From Candidatus Desantisbacteria bacterium CG1_02_38_46 (GTDB lineage Bacteria; Desantisbacteria; UBA1551; UBA1559), in assembly GCA_001871015.1 (NCBI GenBank), contig MNUO01000046.1, positions 1 through 53,917 on the forward strand: a stretch of DNA of 53,917 nt, in the 5' to 3' direction. Position numbers and translations under genes: made by a program. Positions 19,867 to 32,407 of the stretch are shown in pieces (within the stretch, counting starts at the first letter, position 1; every line of letters begins with the position of its first letter). A model generated the notes under the pieces. That model made no database searches and was not told the DNA's origin. It saw only the letters and a program-made list of their open reading frames with translations.

Positions 19867-21066
19867 TTACTCTACTATCTCACTAATTGCACCTGCGCCA
19901 ATTGTATGCCCACCTTCTCTGATAGCAAATCTTTGGCCTACTTCCATTGCTATTGGAGTAACTAATTCTACTTCTAAAGAAGTGTTATCACCAGGGAGAA
20001 CCATCTCAACTCCCTCTTTTAATTTCACAGTTCCAGTAATGTCAGCAGTGCGCAGGTAAAACTGAGGACGATATCCAGTAAAGAAAGGAGTGTGCCGACC
20101 TCCTTCTTCTTTTGTCAATACATATACCTCACATTTAAACTTTTTGTGAGGAGTAATTGTACCAGACTTAGCAATAACCTGACCCCTTTCTACCTGATCT
20201 TTCTCTATACCTCTTAATAATATTCCTACATTATCTCCGGCTTGTGCTTCATCTAAAAGTTTTCTAAACATTTCCAACCCTGTAGCAACGCTTTTCTTTG
20301 TTTCTTGAATTCCAATTATTTCAACTTCTTCACCAACCTTAACTTCACCTCTTTCAACCCTTCCTGTAGCAACTGTACCTCTGCCAGTAATACTGAAAAC
20401 ATCCTCAACTGCCATCAAGAAAGGCTTATCTACTTCACGTTTTGGAGTCGGAATATATTCATCCACTTTTTCCATCAACTTAAGAATTGGACCACACTTA
20501 GGACAATCTTTTTTGCCGCAAGCGCAGTTTAAAGCCTGAAGAGCAGACCCACGTATTATTGGAATTTCATCTCCAGGAAAGTCATATTCAGAAAGTAATT
20601 CTTTAAGTTCCAATTCTACAAGGTCAATAAGTTCCTGGTCATCTACCATATCGCATTTGTTCAAAAATACCACTATATAAGGAACTCCAACCTGCCTTGT
20701 AAGAAGTATGTGTTCCCTTGTCTGAGGCATAGGACCATCAGCAGCAGAAACCACTAAAATTGCACCGTCCATCTGAGCAGCACCTGTAATCATATTTTTG
20801 ACATAATCTGCGTGCCCCGGACAATCAATATGTGCATAATGACGCTTTTCTGTCTCGTATTCTGCATGATAAATGGCTATGGTTATACCTCTTTCTTTTT
20901 CTTCAGGCGCATTATCAATTTCATCCATTGTCTTAGCGACAGCAAAATTGTGTTTTGCCAGAACTGTGGTAATTGCTGCAGTTAAACAAGTCTTCCCATG
21001 ATCCACGTGACCAATCGTCCCCACATTTACATGTGGCTTTTTCCTCTCAAATTTTCCCTTTGCCAT
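19867..21066 (-). CDS. tuf: Elongation factor Tu (with a Cys4 insertion at residues 181-191)
   Basis: [26 protein letters not shown] ... [26 protein letters not shown] ... NKCD. Confidence 0.97.
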   Translation of the reverse strand: MAKGKFERKKPHVNVGTIGHVDHGKTCLTAAITTVLAKHNFAVAKTMDEIDNAPEEKERGITIAIYHAEYETEKRHYAHIDCPGHADYVKNMITGAAQMDGAILVVSAADGPMPQTREHILLTRQVGVPYIVVFLNKCDMVDDQELIDLVELELKELLSEYDFPGDEIPIIRGSALQALNCACGKKDCPKCGPILKLMEKVDEYIPTPKREVDKPFLMAVEDVFSITGRGTVATGRVERGEVKVGEEVEIIGIQETKKSVATGLEMFRKLLDEAQAGDNVGILLRGIEKDQVERGQVIAKSGTITPHKKFKCEVYVLTKEEGGRHTPFFTGYRPQFYLRTADITGTVKLKEGVEMVLPGDNTSLEVELVTPIAMEVGQRFAIREGGHTIGAGAISEIVE

Positions 21067-21143
21067 CTTCCCCTCCTTGTACCCCTGTTAGTTTCGACAT
21101 AGGTCGCCCTATGGCGCAAGAAACTGGGGGTACTCCTTTTTTT

Positions 21144-21346
21144 GGTGTCAGGTCTTGACATGTAACTCAGGACTTTAGTCCTGATTGTCAATGTAACTCA
21201 GGACTTTAGTCCTGATTGTCAATGTAACTCAGGACTTTAGTCCTGATATGACACCATGACATTTGTAACTCATGACTTTAGTCCTGATTGTCAATGTAAC
21301 TCAGGACTTTAGTCCTGATATTTGTCATTTGTCAAGACCTGACACC
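21144..21346. repeat. 203-bp MITE/BIME-like composite: five palindromic units bounded by perfect 17-bp terminal inverted repeats
   Basis: Left end is GGTGTCAGGTCTTGACA (21144-21160). Right end is TGTCAAGACCTGACACC (21330-21346). Five units TGTAACTCAGGACTTTAGTCCTGA lie inside, three of them on a 31-nt period. Confidence 0.9.
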
Positions 21347-23413
21347 TTATCTTTTAATTATTGTCTGTGCAATATTGCCCGGTACCTCTGTATACTTAAG
21401 AGGCTCCATTGTAAATATGCCTCGCCCCTGGGTGAGTGAACGCAAGACAGTAGCATAACCAAACATCTCAGCCAGAGGTGTAATTGCTCTTATTACTTGC
21501 ATGTTAACCCGGCGCTCCATCTTTGTTATTTGAGCACGACGAGAATTAATATCTCCAATCACATCCCCCATATATTCCTCTGGAACAATGACCTCTAAAT
21601 CCATTAATGGTTCCAACAATATGGGTGAAGCTCTCTTCAAACCTTCACGAAAAGCCATTGCGGAAGCGATCTTAAAAGCTATTTCTGAAGAATCCACCTC
21701 ATGATAAGAACCATCTGTTAAAGTAACTGATAAATCCACGACTGGATAACCAGCCAGAACCCCTGTTTCCATTGATTCCTTTATACCTTTCTGCACTGCA
21801 GGAATATATTCTCTTGGAATTGTTCCTCCTTTAATTGCATTAATAAATTCATAACCTTCTCCTCTTGGACGGGGAGCAATATCTATCCATACATGACCGT
21901 ATTGACCCCTTCCTCCTGATTGTCTGATAAACTTGCCTTCACTTTCTGTAGGTTTAGTGATTGTTTCCTTATAAGCAACCTGAGGTTTACCCACATTTGC
22001 CTCAACCTTAAACTCACGGAACATTCTATCAACTATTATTTCCAGGTGAAGTTCGCCCATACCTGAAATAATTGTTTGACCTGTTTCTTTGTTAGAGCTA
22101 GTAATAAATGTTGGATCCTCTTCACTTAATTTATTCATAGCAATTCCCATTTTTTCCTGGTCAACCTTAGTCTTAGGCTCAATAGATACTGAAATCACAG
22201 GCTCTGGAAATTTCATTGATTCTAAAATTATAGGACTTTCTTTAGCACAAAGCGTATCCCCGGTAGTAGTGTACTTCAAACCAACTGCAGCCCCTATCTC
22301 ACCTGCATAGAGTGCGATTATCTCCTGTCTCTTGTCTGCGTGCATTTCTAACAATCTTCCTATTCTCTCCTGAGCACTCTTTGTGGCATTATGAACATAT
22401 GAACCATTAGAAAGAATACCGGAGTAAACCCTTATATAAGTCAATTTGCCTGCATAAGGGTCAGTAGCAACTTTAAACGCTAAACTGGAAAGAGGTTCAT
22501 CATCACTTGCTTTTCTTTCTACATCTTCCCCTTTTTTATCTTTACCTTGGACAGGAAGAATATCGAGAGGAGATGGTAAATAATCCACCACAGCATCTAA
22601 TAGTGGCTGGACCCCCTTACTCCTGAAAGATGCACCACAAAACACAGGCACAAAAATTCCCCTCAGAGTAGCACTTCTGATTCCTCTTTTTATTTCCTCT
22701 TCAGATAATTTTTTATCTTCTAAATATTTTTCCATCAAATCGTCATTTAACTCTGCAATGGCTTCCTGCATTTTGTTATGTGCTTTATTTGCTTCATCTA
22801 AAAGTTCCTCAGGAATAGGCTGTTCTTCAAATGTAGCACCCAGATCCTCAGAGTGCCATACAATGGCTTTCATTTTTATTAAATCAATCACTCCTTTGAA
22901 TTTATCTTCGCTGCCAATAGGAATCTGCAAAGGAATGGCATTAGCCATAAGCTGGTCATGCATCATTTTTACTGCCCTGTTAAAATCAGCACCTGTTCTA
23001 TCCATTTTATTTATATAAGCGATTCTTGGAATTCCATAACGATCTGCCTGATGCCAGACAGTTTCTGATTGAGGTTCTACTCCTCCAACTGCACAAAAAA
23101 TTCCTATAACACCATCTAACACTCGCAATGAACGCTCCACCTCTGCTGTAAAATCAACATGGCCGGGGGTGTCTATAATATTAATTTTTATTTTTCTCCA
23201 TAAAGCGGCCGTTGCAGCACTTGTTATGGTAATTCCTCTTTCTCTTTCCTGCTCCATCCAATCCATCTGGGTAGTCCCTTCATCTATCTCACCAATTTTA
23301 TGGATTTTACCAGTATAATAAAGAATTCTTTCTGTTGTTGTAGTTTTTCCTGCATCAATGTGAGCTACAATCCCGATATTCCTAATTTTCTCTAAAGGAA
23401 ATTCTCTTGCCAT
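21347..23413 (-). CDS. fusA: Elongation factor G
   Basis: [26 protein letters not shown] ... [25 protein letters not shown] ... NKMDR. Confidence 0.97.
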   Translation of the reverse strand: MAREFPLEKIRNIGIVAHIDAGKTTTTERILYYTGKIHKIGEIDEGTTQMDWMEQERERGITITSAATAALWRKIKINIIDTPGHVDFTAEVERSLRVLDGVIGIFCAVGGVEPQSETVWHQADRYGIPRIAYINKMDRTGADFNRAVKMMHDQLMANAIPLQIPIGSEDKFKGVIDLIKMKAIVWHSEDLGATFEEQPIPEELLDEANKAHNKMQEAIAELNDDLMEKYLEDKKLSEEEIKRGIRSATLRGIFVPVFCGASFRSKGVQPLLDAVVDYLPSPLDILPVQGKDKKGEDVERKASDDEPLSSLAFKVATDPYAGKLTYIRVYSGILSNGSYVHNATKSAQERIGRLLEMHADKRQEIIALYAGEIGAAVGLKYTTTGDTLCAKESPIILESMKFPEPVISVSIEPKTKVDQEKMGIAMNKLSEEDPTFITSSNKETGQTIISGMGELHLEIIVDRMFREFKVEANVGKPQVAYKETITKPTESEGKFIRQSGGRGQYGHVWIDIAPRPRGEGYEFINAIKGGTIPREYIPAVQKGIKESMETGVLAGYPVVDLSVTLTDGSYHEVDSSEIAFKIASAMAFREGLKRASPILLEPLMDLEVIVPEEYMGDVIGDINSRRAQITKMERRVNMQVIRAITPLAEMFGYATVLRSLTQGRGIFTMEPLKYTEVPGNIAQTIIKR

Positions 23414-23418
23414 TTTTT

Positions 23419-23889
23419 TTACCAGCGATAGTGGGCAAATGCCCTGTTAGCCTCAGCCATCTTATGAATATCTTCTTTCTTCTTCACCGCTCCACCTGTA
23501 TTATTTGAGGCATCTATTAATTCAAGAGCAAGTCTCCAAGCCATAGGTGCTCCTTTTCTTTGTTTTGCAGTTTGTATTATCCATCTTATTGCCAATCCAA
23601 TTCCCTTTTTTTCTCGAACCTCTACAGGTACTTGATAAGTGGCTCCGCCTACTCTGCGTGATTTAACTTCAAGAAAAGGCTTCACATTCTCAATGGCTTT
23701 TTTAAATACTTCTTCAGGTTCTTTTTTGGTCCTTTCCTTTATAATATCAAAACTGGAATAGAAAATTTCTTGTGCCAGACTCTTTTTGCCCTTGCGTAGT
23801 AATCCATTTATAAATCTCCCTATAATTAAATTGTGAAAAATAGGGTCTGATTCAATTTTTCTTTCAGAGAATAGTTTCCTTCTTGGCAT
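23419..23889 (-). CDS. rpsG: 30S ribosomal protein S7
   Basis: [18 protein letters not shown] ... [17 protein letters not shown] ... [10 protein letters not shown]. Confidence 0.96.
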   Translation of the reverse strand: MPRRKLFSERKIESDPIFHNLIIGRFINGLLRKGKKSLAQEIFYSSFDIIKERTKKEPEEVFKKAIENVKPFLEVKSRRVGGATYQVPVEVREKKGIGLAIRWIIQTAKQRKGAPMAWRLALELIDASNNTGGAVKKKEDIHKMAEANRAFAHYRW

Positions 23890-23901
23890 TTTCTCTCCTA
23901 A

Positions 23902-23986
23902 TCAGGACTAAAGCCCCAAGTTACATTATATCAGGACTAAAGTCCTGAGTTACATTGACAATCAGGACTAAAGTCCTGAGTTACAT
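23902..23986 (-). repeat. Three REP-like palindromic units between rpsL and rpsG
   Basis: TCAGGACTAAAGCCCCAAGTTACAT (decayed copy) plus two copies of TCAGGACTAAAGTCCTGAGTTACAT. The last abuts the rpsL stop codon. Confidence 0.9.
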
Positions 23987-24360
23987 TATTCTTTGGGAGC
24001 TTTTGCACCGTACAATGACCTTCCCTGTTTTCGCCCTTCCACACCAGCGGTATCATATACCCCACGCACGATATGATATTTGACACCTGGTAAATCTTTT
24101 ACACCTCCACCCCTCACAAGCACTATAGAGTGCTCCTGTAAATTGTGGCCAACACCCGGAATATAAGCAGTAACCTCTTTTCCGCCGCTCAATCTAACAC
24201 GAGCTATCTTTCGCAGTGCTGAGTTCGGTTTCTTGGGCGTGATAGTTTTTACAATAAGACAGGTCCCTCTTTTAAATGGTGAGTCTCCCAGCGCTACAGA
24301 TTTTAGTTTCTTTTGTTTATCTTTTCGACACCCTCTAAGCAATTGATTGATTGTAGGCAT
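23986..24360 (-). CDS. rpsL: 30S ribosomal protein S12
   Basis: MPTINQLLR ... [60 protein letters not shown]. Confidence 0.97.
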   Translation of the reverse strand: MPTINQLLRGCRKDKQKKLKSVALGDSPFKRGTCLIVKTITPKKPNSALRKIARVRLSGGKEVTAYIPGVGHNLQEHSIVLVRGGGVKDLPGVKYHIVRGVYDTAGVEGRKQGRSLYGAKAPKE

Positions 24361-24362
24361 AC

Positions 24363-27300
24363 TTACTCCCCGATTTTTTCTATCTTTAGATTTTGATATT
24401 TGGATAAACCTGTACCAGCAGGAACTAACCTGCCAATAATTACGTTTTCCTTCAAACCCAACAGTTCATCACTTCTGCCTCTAATAGCAGCATCAGTAAG
24501 TATGTGAATAGTTTCCTGAAATGAGGCGGCAGCAATAAAACTATCGCTCTTTAACGCCCCTTTTGTAATGCCCTGCAATATAGGTTTTCCTTTAGCAGGT
24601 TTTCCACCACTTACCAGGATGCGATTATTCTCCTTTTCAAACCTGAATTTATCCACCTGTTCCCCGGAAAGAAAATTGGTATCTCCTGAATCTTCAATTT
24701 CAATCCGACGCAACATTTGTCTGACTATTATTTCAATGTGCTTATCGTTAATATCCACACCCTGCAGACGATAAACCGATTGAATTTCATTTACGAGGTA
24801 TTCCTGGAGAGCTCTTTCACCTTTGACTGCTAGAATATCGTGAGGATTAATTGGGCCACTGGTCAAGGGTTCTCCTACATTGACTTTATCTCCTTCTCGA
24901 ACTCTTAAATATTTACCTTCTGGAACAAGATATTCTCTTGTTCCTCTGTCTCCCTTTACCACAATTTTCCTCATACCTCGGGAAGAAGGAGCAAAATCAA
25001 CTATTCCATCCACTTCGCTTATCATGGCACTATCTCGAACATGTCTTGCTTCAAATAATTCTTCAACTCTAGGCAATCCTCCTGTTATATCCCTGGTCTT
25101 AACAATTTGATGCGGAATTTTTACTAAGGCATCTCCTGAAGACACCTTCTTGCCATCTGTGGTCACTAAATGTGCACCGGTGGGAATTGGATATGTAATT
25201 GTTTTCTCTTTATTTACAACCTCTATCCTTGGGTGGTATCTGCCTTCCTTATGCTCAATTATCTCCCGTTCCAGTAATCCTGTTGTTTTATCGAGCTCCT
25301 CCCGCACAGTCTCACCTTTTATAATATCTTTGAATACAACTTCTCCAGATATTTCAGTGAGTATTGGTTCATTGTATGGATCAAACTCTGCCAGAGGTTT
25401 GTTTGCAGGCACTATTTCACCAGGGCTTACTTTTATTTCGGCTCCGGCTTGAACAGAAAGAGGATATTCCTCACCCATTATAAAAACAGTACCCTGCTCC
25501 TCATCAATTTTTACTATTCCAGTAACTTCAGTGGGAACAGACTTTCCATCCTCTTTTGCAAGTTGCTCGCCTGTTGTGACCCACAATCCATCAAAAACGG
25601 TAATTTTTGCCCTGGGGGAAAGTATATATTTACCAAGAATTCTTCTTACTATTATCTCTCCATGTCTATTTGCGACAAGTGCCCCATCATTTTCTCTTGT
25701 AATCAAATTCCCGGGAATATCCATCACTTCAACTGGGAATTTAACTCTTATATCCTTTTCCTCTACCTGGGTATAGGCCGTTCCACCTATATGGAAGGTG
25801 CGCAGTGTAAGCTGTGTTCCTGGCTCACCTATGCTCTCAGCAGCTATTACTCCAACTGCCTCACCAAGTTCCACAATTTTACCTGTTGCAAGGTCTATGC
25901 CATAACATTTCCTGCATACTCCCCTCTTTGCTTCACAGGTAAGCACAGTACGTATTCGAACTTTTTCTATTCCTGTTTTCTCAATCTTTTGCGCATCTTC
26001 CTGGGTCACTTCTTGATTATCCTTTACAACTACCTCCCCTGTTAGCGGGTCTATTACATCTCCAAGCACAACTCTTCCTAAAATTCTGTCACCCAATGAT
26101 TCAATGGTCTCGCCACCTTCTTTCAAAGCTGAGACATTTATACCATTAACTGTTCCACAGTCCTCTTCACTAACAATTTCTTCTTGAGCCACATCCACTA
26201 ATCTGCGCGTTAAGTATCCAGCATCTGCTGTTTTTAATGCGGTATCAGTTAATCCCTTTCTTCCTCCATGAGTGGAAATGAAGTATTCCAACACATTCAG
26301 TCCCTCACGAAAATTAGTGGTAATGGGCAACTCAATAATTTCACCTGATGGTTTGGTCATCAAACCACGCATTGCCGCAAGTTGCCTTATTTGCCGCTCT
26401 CTACCACGTGCCCCAGAATCAAAAATAAGATAGAGAGGATTAAAACCTCCCTGGTCTTGCTTTATATTTTCAAGCATGGCATCAGTAAGTTTGTTGGTTG
26501 CTCTTGTCCATATGTCGATAACACGATTATATCTCTCGCCCTCAGTTATTAATCCACGGTGATATTGTCCTCTTATTTTCCTCTCTTCTTCCTTGCTTTC
26601 CCTTATGATTTCTTCTTTTTGTGATGGAATTTTTATATCTGACATTCCTATTGAGATACCAGACTTAGTGGCAAACTCAAAACCTAATTCTTTTATTTCA
26701 TCCAAGAGTTCAGCAGTCCTGGTGTTCCCGTACATCTTACAACATCTATAAACAAGGTCGCTCATTATTTTCTTATTTAATGTTTTATTGATAAACCTCA
26801 ATTTTTCTGGAAGAACGTCATTGAATATCGCTCTTCCAACCGTGGTACCGATTATTCTCTTCTCTTGGCGAGCAGTAGAAAATTGTAATCTTATTTTGGC
26901 ATGCAGCCCTACAAGACCCAATTGATATACATGGATTACCTCATTTATATCCGCGAAATATTTACCTTCTCCGCGCTCTTTTTCGCCTTCCTTTGTTAAA
27001 TAATGACAACCTAAAACTATATCCTGACTGGGAGAAGAAATTGGCCTGCCATTAGATGGCGAGAGAAGATTGTTCGTAGACATCATAAGCAGCCGTGCTT
27101 CAAGTTGTGTCTCTAAAGAAAGTGGAATATGCACCGCCATCTGATCACCATCAAAATCAGCATTAAACCCTGCGCAGGCTAAAGGGTGAATCTGTATAGC
27201 CTTACTCTCAATCAAAACAGGTTCAAATGCCTGAATTCCCAGACGATGAAGAGTTGGAGCTCTATTTAATAATACGGGGTGGCCCTTAATTACTTCCTCA

Positions 27301-30300
27301 AGAATGTTCCATACTTCTTCGCTCTCTTCTTCTACCATTTTCTTTGCACTTTTGATATTGGGTGATATTTCCTGCTTGGCTATTTTCTCAAGAACAAAGG
27401 GTCTAAAAAGCTCCAGGGCCATTTTCTTGGGGAGTCCGCATTGATGAAATTTTAATTGAGGTCCAACAACAATAACTGATCTCCCAGAATAATCTACACG
27501 CTTACCTAATAGATTCTGTCTGAACCTTCCTTGTTTTCCACCTAATAAATCCGAAAGCGAACGCAAAACCCGATTGCCCATTATAACCGGATAACCACGG
27601 CGCCCATTCTGGAACAGAGAATCAACTGCTTCCTGAAGCATTCTCTTTTCATTCTGAATAATAATTTCAGGAGCTTGATGCTCATACACCAACTTGTGCA
27701 ATCGAGCATTTCTATTAATAACTCTCCGATACAGATCATTTATATCGGATGTGGCAAACCGTCCACTTTCTAACTGTACCATTGGCCGTAATTCCGGTGG
27801 AATAACTGGAATAACACTCAACATCATCCATTCTGGTTTGTTTCCTGATTTCAAGAAAGTCTGAACCAGTTCAATCTTTTTAGTTAACTTTTTATTTTTT
27901 TGAGACAAAGGCTTTTTTTTCAGTTCTGCCTGCAGATCCCTCTCTACTGCCTTTAAATCCAATTCCGCTAACAATTCCTTAATCGCCTCTGCCCCCATTC
28001 TGGCTTTAAACGAATCTCCATATTTCTCTTTATATTCCCGATATTCCTCTTCTGAAATTATGTCCTTTTTGTTGCACTGCACCTTCCCAGGGTCCATTAC
28101 AATATATCTTTCAAAGTAAAGCACTCTCTCTAAATCGTGACTGGTTATATCAAGGAGTACTGCTACCGGAGATGGAATTTCCTTAACATACCATATGTGA
28201 CTCACCGGGCTAGTAAGTTCTATATGTCCCATCCTGCTCCTTCGCACACTTGATTCAGTAACTTCAACACCACACCTATCACAGGTAATACCTTTATAAC
28301 GAAGACCTTCATATTTCTCACAAAAACACTTCCAGTCCTGAGTCGGTCCAAATATTTTCTCGCAGAATAGACCTTCGCGCTCAGGCCTGAAAGTTCTATA
28401 ATTTATTGTCTCGGGCTTTTTTACTTCTCCATGTGACCAACTACGAATTATCTCTGGGGAAGCCAGTCCTATTCTTATGGATACAAAATCCTCTAATGAA
28501 GAATTTGATTCTTGAGATCCAGGCAAGCCTTCAGTTTTGGGTAGTGCTTCAATATTTAGCAATCTGCCTTTTTTATCAAGAAAAGAAATATTTAATCCTA
28601 AACCCTGGAGTTCCCTCACAAGCACATTAAAAGATTCAGGAACACCCATCTTGGGTGGCGTTTTGCCCTTGATAATAGCCTCGTACAATTTTGCCCTTCC
28701 TATTGTATCATCACTCTTTACTGTAAGCATCTCCTGAAGGGTATAAGCTGCGCCGTAAGCCTCTAATGCCCATACCTCCATTTCCCCAAATCGCTGCCCT
28801 CCGAATTGAGCCTTACCACCGAGGGGTTGCTGAGTCACGAGGGAATAAGGGCCTATGGAACGGGCATGCATTTTGTCATCTACTAAATGTGACAACTTCA
28901 TCATATAAATATATCCAATTGTAACATCCTGATCAAATGGCAAGCCTGTACGCCCATCATAAATTTTCATTTTGCCCGATTCGGGAAGAGCTGCTTTACG
29001 CAACATTCCCCTTATTTCTTCTTCAGAAGCACCATCAAATACAGGGCTAATGAACTTTAAGCCCAGAGCCTTCGCAGCCAATCCTAAATGTACTTCTAAT
29101 ATCTGGCCTATGTTCATTCTGGAAGGAACACCGAGGGGATTGAGTACTATTTCTACAGGGGTACCATCTTTCAAATAGGGCATGGATTCCTCGGGTAATA
29201 TTTTTGATACAACTCCTTTATTACCATGCCGACCAGCCATTTTATCTCCTTCAGATACCTTCCTTTTTTGAGAAATGTACACCTTTATCAATCTGCTTAC
29301 ACCCAATGGCAATTCGTCACCACCCGCTCGCGAAAATACCCTGCTTTCAATAACTTTACCATCATAACCCGGTGGAACCCGTAAAGATGTATCCCGAACT
29401 TCCTTTGCTCTCTCACCAAAAATAGCCCTTAAAAGTCTCTCCTCAGCTGAAAGTTTGGTTTCTTCACGAGGTGTAAGCTTTCCAACCAATATATCCCTTG
29501 GTTTAACATCAGCGCCAATTCTCACAATTCCGTTTTCATCCAGATCCTTCAAACTTTCTTCACTCACATTTGGAATATCCCGCGTGATTTCCTCCTCACC
29601 CAATTTTGTATCCCTTACTTCAACCTTAAACTCCTCAATGTGGATAGAGGTGAAAGTATCCTCCCTTACCAATTTCTCACTTATGAGAATAGCATCTTCA
29701 AAGTTATATCCTTCCCAGGGTAAATAAGCAACCAGCACATTTCTTCCTAATGAAAGTTCGCCATCTTTTATGCAGGAACCATCGCTAATTATCTGCCCGT
29801 TTCTAACCTTTTCACCTTTTTTCACAATTGGCCTCTGACTTATGCAGGTACTTTGATTAGAACGGATATACTTATCTAACCAATATATTTCTTTTTCTTT
29901 ATTTCCTTTAGCAGTTTTTTCATACTCAAGAATTATCCTGCGGGCATCAACCTCTTTTACAACCCCATCTTTCCTGGCAATTTTTACTCTTCCGGAGTCC
30001 CTTGCTATAACAGATTCCAATCCGGTCTGTACCAAAGGAGGTTCTGGAAAAATTAGAGGGACGGTCTGCCTCTGCATATTAGAACCCATTAAAGCCCTGT
30101 TTGCATCATCATGTTCTATAAAGGGAATTAGACTTGCAGTAACGCTAATCAATTGTTTTGGGGACACATCCATATAATTAACTTCCTCACTTTTAGCCAT
30201 TATGAAATTGTCCTCAAACCTGCAAGGAACTTCCTTATTTATAAATCTATTATTCTTATCAACTGGAGCATTTGCCTGCGCAATTATAAATTGGTCTTCA

Positions 30301-31967
30301 ACATCAGCAGTTAAGTATTCTATTTCATCAGTAACTTTACCGCTTTCTACTTTTCGGTATGGAGTTTCCAGGAGTCCAAGGTAATTGGTCCGCGCATAGG
30401 TACTTAAAGAAACTATCAATCCAATATTAGGACCTTCTGGTGTTTCTATAGGGCAAATTCGTCCATAATGGCTGAAATGCACATCGCGAACTTCAAATCC
30501 GGCCCTTTCTCTTGTGAGCCCTCCGGGTCCTAAAGCGCTAAGCCGGCGTTTATGCGTAAGTTCTGCAAGCGGATTAGTCTGGTCTAAATACTGGGAAAGT
30601 TGGCTGGTTCCAAAAAATTCATTTATACCTTCAGCCACCGGCCTGATAACAAGAAGAGAACGAGGCATTGCTTTGTCAAGGTCTACTGTAGCCATTCGCT
30701 CTCTGGTCATTCGGACAACCTGCAGCATTATCTTTCTGAATTGATTCTCCAATAGTTCGCCAACCGAAACAATCCTTCTGTTTCCTAAATGGTCTATATC
30801 ATCACCTTGCCCCCTGGTCCTCTTTAATTCTATTAGTCCTTTAATTACTTCTATGATATCTTCCTTAGATAATACCTTCTCGTTTAAGGGTACATTTAAT
30901 TTTAGCCTTTTGTTCAGCCGGTACCTGCCTATTTCACCAAGACTATATCTCTTAGGAGACATGAAGATATTTTCCAGAAGGCTCTTTCCGCTTTCGGGCG
31001 TAGCTGGTTCATTTGGACGAAAACGACGATAAATCTCCACGCACGCTTCTTCTTCATTGCGTGCAAACTCGCGCGATAAAGTATTGGGAAAAATTATGTC
31101 GGTTTCCTCGCTACCCAAAACCTTTATTTTATCAAGATTTAATCTCCTTATTATTTTAATTAAACCTCTGTCAATTGGAGTGGAAATTTTTGCTACGGCT
31201 ATCCCATCCTTATCGCTCAGTGTCTCGCCTAATCTCCTCCCGATTAATTCATCAAGTTTATGGCCCCTTATGTGAATCTCCTTCAAATTGCCAAACATCC
31301 TCAACATTTTTTCTTCACTATATCCTAATGCTTTCAAAAAAATTGTAACAGGTATTTTTCGTTTTCTATCAAGTGAAACATTGATAATATTGCTGGATTC
31401 CAGAGTAAATTCCATCCATCCTCCCCAGTATGGAATAATCCTGGCTGAATATTGCCGTTCTCCCCCCGAGCGAACCTCCACTTGATAGAAAACTCCGGGA
31501 GCACGATGAAGTTGATTTACAACTGTTCTCTCAACGCCATTAATTATGAAAGTACCCTGTTCAGTCATACAGGGAATGTCACCTAAAAAAACTTCCCCTT
31601 GTTCCTTCACTTCGCCTGTACGTTTATTCACAAGTCTCAACTTTATTTTTACAGACGAACTGTAACTTACTCCTCTCTCAATGCACTCCCAGGGACCATG
31701 CCTGGGTTCAAAAATTTTATAATCCACAAACTCAAGAGCGACTCTTTCATTGAGGTCAGTTATCGAAAAGGATTCTAAAAAAAGTGCCTGCAATCCTATA
31801 TTCTTCCTCTTGTCAGACGACACATCCATCTGGATGAATTGCTCATATGATTTCTTCTGGATTTCTACCAGGTCCGGAATTTCCATTATCTCTGGAATTT
31901 TACCAAAATTAATCTTTCTGACCGATTTTTTCTCTTTATCTTTTTTTTGTTTCATTGTTCCACTCAC
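24363..31967 (-). CDS. rpoBC: Fused RNA polymerase beta-beta' subunit (single 2534-codon ORF)
   Basis: The N-terminal ~1130 aa is beta ([51 protein letters not shown]). After a ~30-aa linker comes beta' ([34 protein letters not shown], Zn motif [13 protein letters not shown]). There is no stop or frame change at the junction near 28480-28575. Start is GTG 31965-31967 or ATG 31953-31955. Confidence 0.9.
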   Translation of the reverse strand: MSGTMKQKKDKEKKSVRKINFGKIPEIMEIPDLVEIQKKSYEQFIQMDVSSDKRKNIGLQALFLESFSITDLNERVALEFVDYKIFEPRHGPWECIERGVSYSSSVKIKLRLVNKRTGEVKEQGEVFLGDIPCMTEQGTFIINGVERTVVNQLHRAPGVFYQVEVRSGGERQYSARIIPYWGGWMEFTLESSNIINVSLDRKRKIPVTIFLKALGYSEEKMLRMFGNLKEIHIRGHKLDELIGRRLGETLSDKDGIAVAKISTPIDRGLIKIIRRLNLDKIKVLGSEETDIIFPNTLSREFARNEEEACVEIYRRFRPNEPATPESGKSLLENIFMSPKRYSLGEIGRYRLNKRLKLNVPLNEKVLSKEDIIEVIKGLIELKRTRGQGDDIDHLGNRRIVSVGELLENQFRKIMLQVVRMTRERMATVDLDKAMPRSLLVIRPVAEGINEFFGTSQLSQYLDQTNPLAELTHKRRLSALGPGGLTRERAGFEVRDVHFSHYGRICPIETPEGPNIGLIVSLSTYARTNYLGLLETPYRKVESGKVTDEIEYLTADVEDQFIIAQANAPVDKNNRFINKEVPCRFEDNFIMAKSEEVNYMDVSPKQLISVTASLIPFIEHDDANRALMGSNMQRQTVPLIFPEPPLVQTGLESVIARDSGRVKIARKDGVVKEVDARRIILEYEKTAKGNKEKEIYWLDKYIRSNQSTCISQRPIVKKGEKVRNGQIISDGSCIKDGELSLGRNVLVAYLPWEGYNFEDAILISEKLVREDTFTSIHIEEFKVEVRDTKLGEEEITRDIPNVSEESLKDLDENGIVRIGADVKPRDILVGKLTPREETKLSAEERLLRAIFGERAKEVRDTSLRVPPGYDGKVIESRVFSRAGGDELPLGVSRLIKVYISQKRKVSEGDKMAGRHGNKGVVSKILPEESMPYLKDGTPVEIVLNPLGVPSRMNIGQILEVHLGLAAKALGLKFISPVFDGASEEEIRGMLRKAALPESGKMKIYDGRTGLPFDQDVTIGYIYMMKLSHLVDDKMHARSIGPYSLVTQQPLGGKAQFGGQRFGEMEVWALEAYGAAYTLQEMLTVKSDDTIGRAKLYEAIIKGKTPPKMGVPESFNVLVRELQGLGLNISFLDKKGRLLNIEALPKTEGLPGSQESNSSLEDFVSIRIGLASPEIIRSWSHGEVKKPETINYRTFRPEREGLFCEKIFGPTQDWKCFCEKYEGLRYKGITCDRCGVEVTESSVRRSRMGHIELTSPVSHIWYVKEIPSPVAVLLDITSHDLERVLYFERYIVMDPGKVQCNKKDIISEEEYREYKEKYGDSFKARMGAEAIKELLAELDLKAVERDLQAELKKKPLSQKNKKLTKKIELVQTFLKSGNKPEWMMLSVIPVIPPELRPMVQLESGRFATSDINDLYRRVINRNARLHKLVYEHQAPEIIIQNEKRMLQEAVDSLFQNGRRGYPVIMGNRVLRSLSDLLGGKQGRFRQNLLGKRVDYSGRSVIVVGPQLKFHQCGLPKKMALELFRPFVLEKIAKQEISPNIKSAKKMVEEESEEVWNILEEVIKGHPVLLNRAPTLHRLGIQAFEPVLIESKAIQIHPLACAGFNADFDGDQMAVHIPLSLETQLEARLLMMSTNNLLSPSNGRPISSPSQDIVLGCHYLTKEGEKERGEGKYFADINEVIHVYQLGLVGLHAKIRLQFSTARQEKRIIGTTVGRAIFNDVLPEKLRFINKTLNKKIMSDLVYRCCKMYGNTRTAELLDEIKELGFEFATKSGISIGMSDIKIPSQKEEIIRESKEEERKIRGQYHRGLITEGERYNRVIDIWTRATNKLTDAMLENIKQDQGGFNPLYLIFDSGARGRERQIRQLAAMRGLMTKPSGEIIELPITTNFREGLNVLEYFISTHGGRKGLTDTALKTADAGYLTRRLVDVAQEEIVSEEDCGTVNGINVSALKEGGETIESLGDRILGRVVLGDVIDPLTGEVVVKDNQEVTQEDAQKIEKTGIEKVRIRTVLTCEAKRGVCRKCYGIDLATGKIVELGEAVGVIAAESIGEPGTQLTLRTFHIGGTAYTQVEEKDIRVKFPVEVMDIPGNLITRENDGALVANRHGEIIVRRILGKYILSPRAKITVFDGLWVTTGEQLAKEDGKSVPTEVTGIVKIDEEQGTVFIMGEEYPLSVQAGAEIKVSPGEIVPANKPLAEFDPYNEPILTEISGEVVFKDIIKGETVREELDKTTGLLEREIIEHKEGRYHPRIEVVNKEKTITYPIPTGAHLVTTDGKKVSSGDALVKIPHQIVKTRDITGGLPRVEELFEARHVRDSAMISEVDGIVDFAPSSRGMRKIVVKGDRGTREYLVPEGKYLRVREGDKVNVGEPLTSGPINPHDILAVKGERALQEYLVNEIQSVYRLQGVDINDKHIEIIVRQMLRRIEIEDSGDTNFLSGEQVDKFRFEKENNRILVSGGKPAKGKPILQGITKGALKSDSFIAAASFQETIHILTDAAIRGRSDELLGLKENVIIGRLVPAGTGLSKYQNLKIEKIGE

Positions 31968-32359
31968 TTAATCTCTACTTTTGCTCCAGCTGATTCTAAT
32001 TTAGCTTTAATTTCCTCAGCTTCTTTTTTGGAAACTTTTTCCTTTACCGTCTGTGGTGCACCCTCAACTAGATCCTTTGCCTCTTTCAAACCTAAATTAG
32101 AAACTGCCCTGACTTCTTTAATAACTTGAATTTTCTTATCGCCAACACCTGCAAGAATAACTTTAAATTCAGTCTGCTCGGCCGCGGGAGTTTCACCAGA
32201 AACACCCTGTGGCATCTCTGTCGAAGCCGCAACAGAAGCAGCAACCGGGGCAGCCTTCACACCAAACTTTTCTTCCAGTGCCTTTACTATCTCAGCTAGT
32301 TCCAGAACACTCAAGTTTGCTATCCCTTCTATTATTTCTTCCTTTGATAAATTAGCCAT
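31964..32359 (-). CDS. rplL: 50S ribosomal protein L7/L12
   Basis: [19 protein letters not shown] ... [24 protein letters not shown] ... [14 protein letters not shown]. Confidence 0.96.
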   Translation of the reverse strand: MANLSKEEIIEGIANLSVLELAEIVKALEEKFGVKAAPVAASVAASTEMPQGVSGETPAAEQTEFKVILAGVGDKKIQVIKEVRAVSNLGLKEAKDLVEGAPQTVKEKVSKKEAEEIKAKLESAGAKVEIK

Positions 32360-32372
32360 TTACCCCCCTCAT

Positions 32373-32407
32373 AAAGGGGACAGGCTACTTTTTTACCTGT
32401 CCCCTTT
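32373..32407 (-). promoter_or_regulatory. 12-bp-stem hairpin spanning the rplJ stop codon, just 5' of the rplL SD
   Basis: AAAGGGGACAGG, an 11-nt loop and CCTGTCCCCTTT. The rplJ stop lies in the loop. The arm CCCCT can alternatively pair with the rplL SD region GAGGGG (32364-32380). Confidence 0.5.

Noticed and set aside
21161-21325. Possible CRISPR array: five regularly spaced ~24-nt palindromic repeats.
   Set aside because: The spacers are only 7 nt (TTGTCAA) and identical to each other. The repeats are strongly palindromic and the same unit is dispersed singly elsewhere. No cas genes are present. This fits a REP/MITE-type array, not CRISPR.
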